64,000 nt of DNA from a virus. The stretch spans positions 1 to 64,000 of IMG/VR virus record IMGVR_UViG_3300034071_003115; one strand, written 5' to 3'. Shown here one piece after another: positions 60,415 through 64,000 of the stretch. How positions within the stretch are numbered: position 1 is the first letter of the stretch; the number at the start of each line of letters is the position of its first letter. The notes beneath the pieces are model-generated. The model made no database searches, was not told where the DNA came from, and was given only the letters and a program-made list of their open reading frames with translations. Made by a program: the position numbers and the translations under genes.

Positions 60415-60556
60415 CTTTCTTTCCTCCTTGTATCACAGACAGGGAAGCCCCTGCCCCTAGATTGTAAGGCAACTTCTAGCCATCGGTCAAGTTGCCAGCC
60501 AGAGTTCTATCTCAACTGGCGGCGGCCAGTTGAGGGCGAACTAAAATTTTGCGTTT

Positions 60557-60889
60557 TTAGCGATCGAAGGACATTGCGCTAACTCCATCAGGGGTCATAA
60601 CAACATGTCCACCCTCTACGAAGATTCGACCACCGTCGTTCGCTTCATCATCAGATGAAATAACAAGGGAATAACGCTTGCCGCCCTGCTCTACGAATAA
60701 CACTGGCATGTAAGGGTCAGCACCGCCATCGCCTAACACCGTGCCCCCAATAATCGTTGCGCCAATAAGCGGCTCAACCATTTCTGTCCGAAGGTAGTGC
60801 CGCTCAATCTGGTCGCGGCTCAAGCCGAGTCGCTCCTTGACCAACTGGTCTCTGCTGCTCAATAACTGAGCAATCGTTTCCACTGCCAT
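60557..60889 (-). CDS. hypothetical protein
   Basis: RBS AAGGAGG; LIGATI..., SSDDEANDGG; headed by a degenerate class B element (about 60954-60995). Confidence 0.65.
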   Translation of the reverse strand: MAVETIAQLLSSRDQLVKERLGLSRDQIERHYLRTEMVEPLIGATIIGGTVLGDGGADPYMPVLFVEQGGKRYSLVISSDDEANDGGRIFVEGGHVVMTPDGVSAMSFDR

Positions 60890-61150
60890 AACTTCCTCCT
60901 TATGCCTACGGCTAACTGCCGTAGGGGGATTGTAAGCGATCGCTATAACTTGTGTCAAGCCCTCGGGTTCGACCCTCGCTTCTGCGGAAGCTCGGCTACC
61001 CCAAAAAAAACATCTTGTCAAGTCCTCCCCCAAAACGACCCCCGAATAATAACTGAACTTCGGTAGGCCAACTTGACCGCCCTATAACTTCTGTGCCATA
61101 CTCCGCTCACGCCGCACAAATGACGGCGCGCAATAACAAGGAGGTACGCA

Positions 61151-61222
61151 ATGGCACGAAGGCGCATGGGACGAAGGTCAAAGCGAGCGGGTTGGTTCCT
61201 GCTTTGGTTTATCGGGCTGTAA
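61151..61222 (+). CDS. 23-aa basic/hydrophobic peptide
   Basis: RBS AAGGAGGT; MARRRMGRRSKRAGWFLLWFIGL. Confidence 0.45.
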   Translation: MARRRMGRRSKRAGWFLLWFIGL

Positions 61223-61228
61223 GGAGGT

Positions 61229-61477
61229 ATGACCATGAAGCGATACCGCGTATTCATCCAGAAGGTCGATGACTTCTTGGCAGAGTTGTCTTATGAGGAC
61301 GGCGACTTGCTCGGCTTGGAAGGTGAGCAGTTGCTTACCGCGATTGCGGCAGATGCCGCGGATCAAGGCCTTGGCGAGTGGACGTTCTTGGAAGGTAACT
61401 CGATTGCCACGTCGATCGTCGAGGTCAATGAAGACGGCACCGAAGGCGAGCCGTTCCTGATCAACGAGGAGTTGTAG
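61229..61477 (+). CDS. acidic hypothetical protein
   Basis: RBS AAGGAGGT. Confidence 0.6.
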   Translation: MTMKRYRVFIQKVDDFLAELSYEDGDLLGLEGEQLLTAIAADAADQGLGEWTFLEGNSIATSIVEVNEDGTEGEPFLINEEL

Positions 61478-61478
61478 C

Positions 61479-61874
61479 ATGTGGGAGTTGATTCATGACG
61501 AAAGCATCACCGCAAATGAGAACCTGTCGATCTGGTACCGCGAAACGGAAAACCTCGATAAGTTCATCCTGTTTGAGATGAACAAGCAGGGGCTCACCGT
61601 GGCGTACTACCACAATGCGTTTGACGCGCTTGATGGTCGATTCGCCGCGGCAGAGATCTGCTATGGGTGGGATGTTCTCCAAGTCGAGAACCGCGAGAAG
61701 GACGCGTTCCTTACGCGGGTCAGCATGGACGACAACATCAAGTCCACGATCTCATGTGATCATGACTTCTCCTGCGAGGAGATCTTCCACGCAGCGCAGG
61801 TGGTCTTGGGTAATGAGGAGTGCGAGGGCTGTGAGTCCTGCGCTCGCTACGGCACGGAAGGAGTTGGAGCATGA
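61479..61874 (+). CDS. hypothetical protein
   Basis: RBS GAGGAG. Confidence 0.6.
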   Translation: MWELIHDESITANENLSIWYRETENLDKFILFEMNKQGLTVAYYHNAFDALDGRFAAAEICYGWDVLQVENREKDAFLTRVSMDDNIKSTISCDHDFSCEEIFHAAQVVLGNEECEGCESCARYGTEGVGA

Positions 61875-62062
61875 AGTACACCGTGAAGGTACTCTTCCCT
61901 CACTATCTCGATGTCGGGGTAGAGGAGGAGAACATCGAGAAGGCGCGAGAGGCGGCGATCAAAGCAGCCTCCTACACGCCGATCGACGAGTGGCGCGGCG
62001 ATCTTCTCGAGGTGTATGAAACTGAGTGGATTGACGAAGACGGCATCCACACCATCATTTAG
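61871..62062 (+). CDS. small acidic protein
   Basis: Coupled; MKYTVKV...AREAA. Confidence 0.55.
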   Translation: MKYTVKVLFPHYLDVGVEEENIEKAREAAIKAASYTPIDEWRGDLLEVYETEWIDEDGIHTII

Positions 62063-62071
62063 GAGGTAAGT

Positions 62072-62368
62072 ATGTTGGTTCATAAATCATGTGATCTTGG
62101 ACACGTCGATGGAGATCGAAAGGGGATCTACTTCCTCGGCAACATCTCCGTATCGTTTGAGCCGTTCGGCACCCCATCTGGGTTGGGCGGCGTGCAGGTG
62201 GGCATCGCCAATGATTACTCAATGGGAGAGGGCGGCGGCTACATCTCATCGATCGAGTGCTACGACTGTGGTAAGTCGATCAGCGAGTTTGTCGGCGATA
62301 TTGAAACCCATAAGTTAGAGCGGTTTTTGGATGACCGCGCAGAAGACTACGACTTGGTTGAAGTATGA
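62072..62368 (+). CDS. small Zn-ribbon protein
   Basis: HKSC...ECYDCG; RBS AGGAGGT. Confidence 0.6.
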   Translation: MLVHKSCDLGHVDGDRKGIYFLGNISVSFEPFGTPSGLGGVQVGIANDYSMGEGGGYISSIECYDCGKSISEFVGDIETHKLERFLDDRAEDYDLVEV

Positions 62369-62583
62369 GCGAACACAAGGGTCATCACATTGAGGTCGGG
62401 GTGTACGGCCCCGACCTCGAGAAGAACGATCAGTTACTATTCGACCACAGCGGCATACACAACCTTGCGTTGGAATGCCTTGACTGTAGCGAAGTAATCG
62501 TGGACTATGACATCACGCCACTGATGACTGTGGCAGAGGCACGGAACCTGATTTCCGAAGCAATCAAGGAGATCCTCGTATGA
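62365..62583 (+). CDS. small conserved phage protein
   Basis: HKGHHIEV..YG, NLALECLDCSEVIVDYD. Confidence 0.65.
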   Translation: MSEHKGHHIEVGVYGPDLEKNDQLLFDHSGIHNLALECLDCSEVIVDYDITPLMTVAEARNLISEAIKEILV

Positions 62584-62738
62584 TGCAGGAAATAATCTCG
62601 TTGGCCACTGGACTAGGTGTTGGAGCAGTATTTGGATTTGTTGGAGCCGCAGTACCAGCACCACCCAACGTTGCCGGGATTCTAGGCATTGTGGGAATAA
62701 CCCTTGGCTACGTCGCGATGACGGCGATCCGAAGATGA
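62580..62738 (+). CDS. XapX/DUF1427-family membrane peptide (not in ORF track)
   Basis: SLATGLGVGAVF...VPAPPNVAGILGIVGITLGY. Confidence 0.8.
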   Translation: MMQEIISLATGLGVGAVFGFVGAAVPAPPNVAGILGIVGITLGYVAMTAIRR

Positions 62739-63133
62739 ATCAATCAACAAAAGAGTTCCGCCAAATCGTTGAGTCGTGGGCCGATGCTCGGAACATGACC
62801 AAGAAAGAGTTATACCGCTTCATGTCGACCCACTACGGTCGATCTGGATATTGGATGGACGTTCGCGACCGAGGCGTGATCACTCCGACAGAAGAAGATC
62901 TCGAATGGCTGCGAGAGAAGATCGACGCAGACCAGGGGAAGGATCGCATCCAAGATATTGAACAGTATCAATGCTATGACTGCGAGGACAGATACCCAGG
63001 CCTGCCGTTTTATACCATGATCCCGTCGACCGTGCAGGAATATGGAGCATTCTTGTGCCAGTTCTGTTTCAAGGGACTGGAGAAGAAGGGATTCGTTCCC
63101 GACCAGGCTGACGACCCTCGCCAGATTTTCTAG
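62735..63133 (+). CDS. hypothetical protein with C-terminal Zn finger
   Basis: CYDC...LCQFC. Confidence 0.6.
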   Translation: MNQSTKEFRQIVESWADARNMTKKELYRFMSTHYGRSGYWMDVRDRGVITPTEEDLEWLREKIDADQGKDRIQDIEQYQCYDCEDRYPGLPFYTMIPSTVQEYGAFLCQFCFKGLEKKGFVPDQADDPRQIF

Positions 63134-63329
63134 CCAGGGGGCGGCGGCGGAACTTCGCATAATAGGCCCCTGAATAACTCAAGGGGTATCTAACTACCAC
63201 CCCCGACATAAACGCGTCTCTCCGTGGCGCAAATCGGCACCTACGTCGACGTCTGAGCGTGCCCTGCGGACCCCCTCCTAATAGCAAGCGAAATAACTCC
63301 CGCTATATGCGATGTGAATAACTGGTGTG

Positions 63330-63405
63330 TGGTAGGGACGCCTGGACTCGAACCAGGAACCGCTGAGATATAAGCTCAGTGCTCTAACCGTTGAGCTACG
63401 TCCCC
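63330..63405 (-). tRNA. tRNA-Ile (anticodon UAU), CCA encoded
   Basis: GGGGACGTAGCTCAACGGTTAGAGCACTGAGCT-TAT-ATCTCAGCGGTTCCTGGTTCGAGTCCAGGCGTCCCTACCA; full cloverleaf, A73. Confidence 0.92.
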
Positions 63406-63480
63406 GTATATGCATCGTGAATAACTTCTATGCATTATAGGCTGCCGAATAACTGAACCCCTAATAGGAGGCGAAATAAC

Positions 63481-63669
63481 TCAGTCTTCTGGCTCCCGGT
63501 AAAAGCCGTATGGGTCCCGTGCCGCAGTGATGTCCTTAATGCATCGCATGCACACGACGAATAACGTTTTTGATTCATCTTCTTGCTCGTAGACCAGGGC
63601 AACCTCGTTGCAGAAGTTGCAAATCCCTAGTGGTCTGGGAGTAGGCTCGCTGCCTTGTGCTGTTTTTAT
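63481..63669 (-). CDS. 62-aa Zn-finger protein with apparent ATA start
   Basis: AGGGAG-N5-ATA; CNFC...CMRC; in-frame TAA TAG upstream. Confidence 0.45.
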   Translation of the reverse strand: MKTAQGSEPTPRPLGICNFCNEVALVYEQEDESKTLFVVCMRCIKDITAARDPYGFYREPED

Positions 63670-64000
63670 AATAACTCCCTATTAGGCGCTGTAATAACTC
63701 ACGTTTGCGAGGGAAAACGCAACGAATGCGCTAGGGGCGTTGAGGGAGGGATTCGGGCGGGGGGTGTCGCAGTGTTTTCGACCCGCCACGCCCTCTACCA
63801 AAACTATCATCTCTTTTATATTCATCAACCCCATCATTATGCACATTCACGCTCAGATATCCACAACGCTGTGCATAAACAGCAATCGCTTACCCCTGAG
63901 AAATAATCCCCTCATGCACCGTTTCTCCATCGGCTTTCATACCGTATGCGAGGGATTGGCGCATCTCCCAGTGGTTGCTCTGCCCACACATCAACTGCAC

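Larger units (their letters stand above)
50538..60541 (-). promoter_or_regulatory. class B cassette heads (16 plus 1 junction copy): GTTC-N3-[24-bp palindrome]-N3-GAAC upstream of TTGAC-N17/18-TAnnnT promoters
   Basis: Palindromes start at 50545 (junction, no promoter), 50921, 51378, 51839, 52415, 52732, 53169, 53656, 53970, 54653, 55110, 55708, 56474, 57663, 58541, 59489, 60511. Example promoters: TTGACA-N18-TAGTAT, TTGACG-N17-TAGAAT, TTGACA-N18-TACAAT. Confidence 0.9.
63172..63700 (+). repeat. cluster of co-oriented AATAACT motifs
   Basis: Copies at 63173, 63292, 63317, 63420, 63448, 63475, 63670, 63693 (AATAACG at 63560). Confidence 0.65.

Noticed and set aside
50921-60534. Class B palindromes as ordinary intrinsic terminators
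   Set aside because: Many cassettes already have a separate hairpin plus U-tract just before them, and the fixed 24-bp length and promoter phasing are unexplained by termination. A terminator role remains possible where no other hairpin exists (e.g. 53970, 55110, 55708, 57663).
50538-60541. Classical integron attC array
   Set aside because: The core order is GTTC...GAAC rather than RYYYAAC...GTTRRRY, the stems lack extrahelical bases, cassettes have their own promoters, and no IntI is in the window. Kept only as an analogy.
50538-60541. LexA (GAAC-N4-GTTC) SOS boxes
   Set aside because: The half-sites are in the opposite order and 30 bp apart.
44000-60550. CRISPR array
   Set aside because: Repeats are not sequence-identical, the intervening DNA is 0.3-1.7 kb of genes with promoters, and there is no cas operon.

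Overview
The window is part of a lytic-looking, siphovirus-type (long non-contractile tail) dsDNA phage genome. No integrase, terminase or DNA polymerase is visible here. Layout: (1) 1-7.6 kb, a protein-modification cluster (Cys-rich protein end, thioredoxin, 2OG-Fe(II) oxygenase, Skp1-type GlcNAc transferase, MidA-like methyltransferase, PEPT-repeat membrane protein). (2) 8.6-25 kb, tail module with a -1 frameshift chaperone, a 2794-aa tape measure, a tail/fibre protein and lysis genes. (3) 26.6-34.7 kb, a head module split across strands. (4) 35-43.9 kb, replication/recombination genes. (5) 44-61 kb, the most striking part: about 25 self-contained small-gene cassettes in two convergent arms, each headed by a structure-conserved hairpin element. 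The plus arm has 8 copies of a 6-7 bp stem with a TCC/GGA triloop, always exactly 47 nt before a GATGAT box. The minus arm has 16 copies of GTTC-N3-[24-bp palindrome with freely co-varying arms]-N3-GAAC, placed 9-10 or 19-20 bp (one helical turn apart; 7 bp in one copy) upstream of sigma70-type promoters. A chimeric element marks the junction, two cassettes seem to make RNAs rather than proteins, and the cassette ORFs inspected lack GGCC/CCGG/AGCT. (6) 61-64 kb, small genes, a rare tRNA-Ile(UAU) and an AATAACT motif cluster. All family assignments are by eye from motifs; no searches were run.
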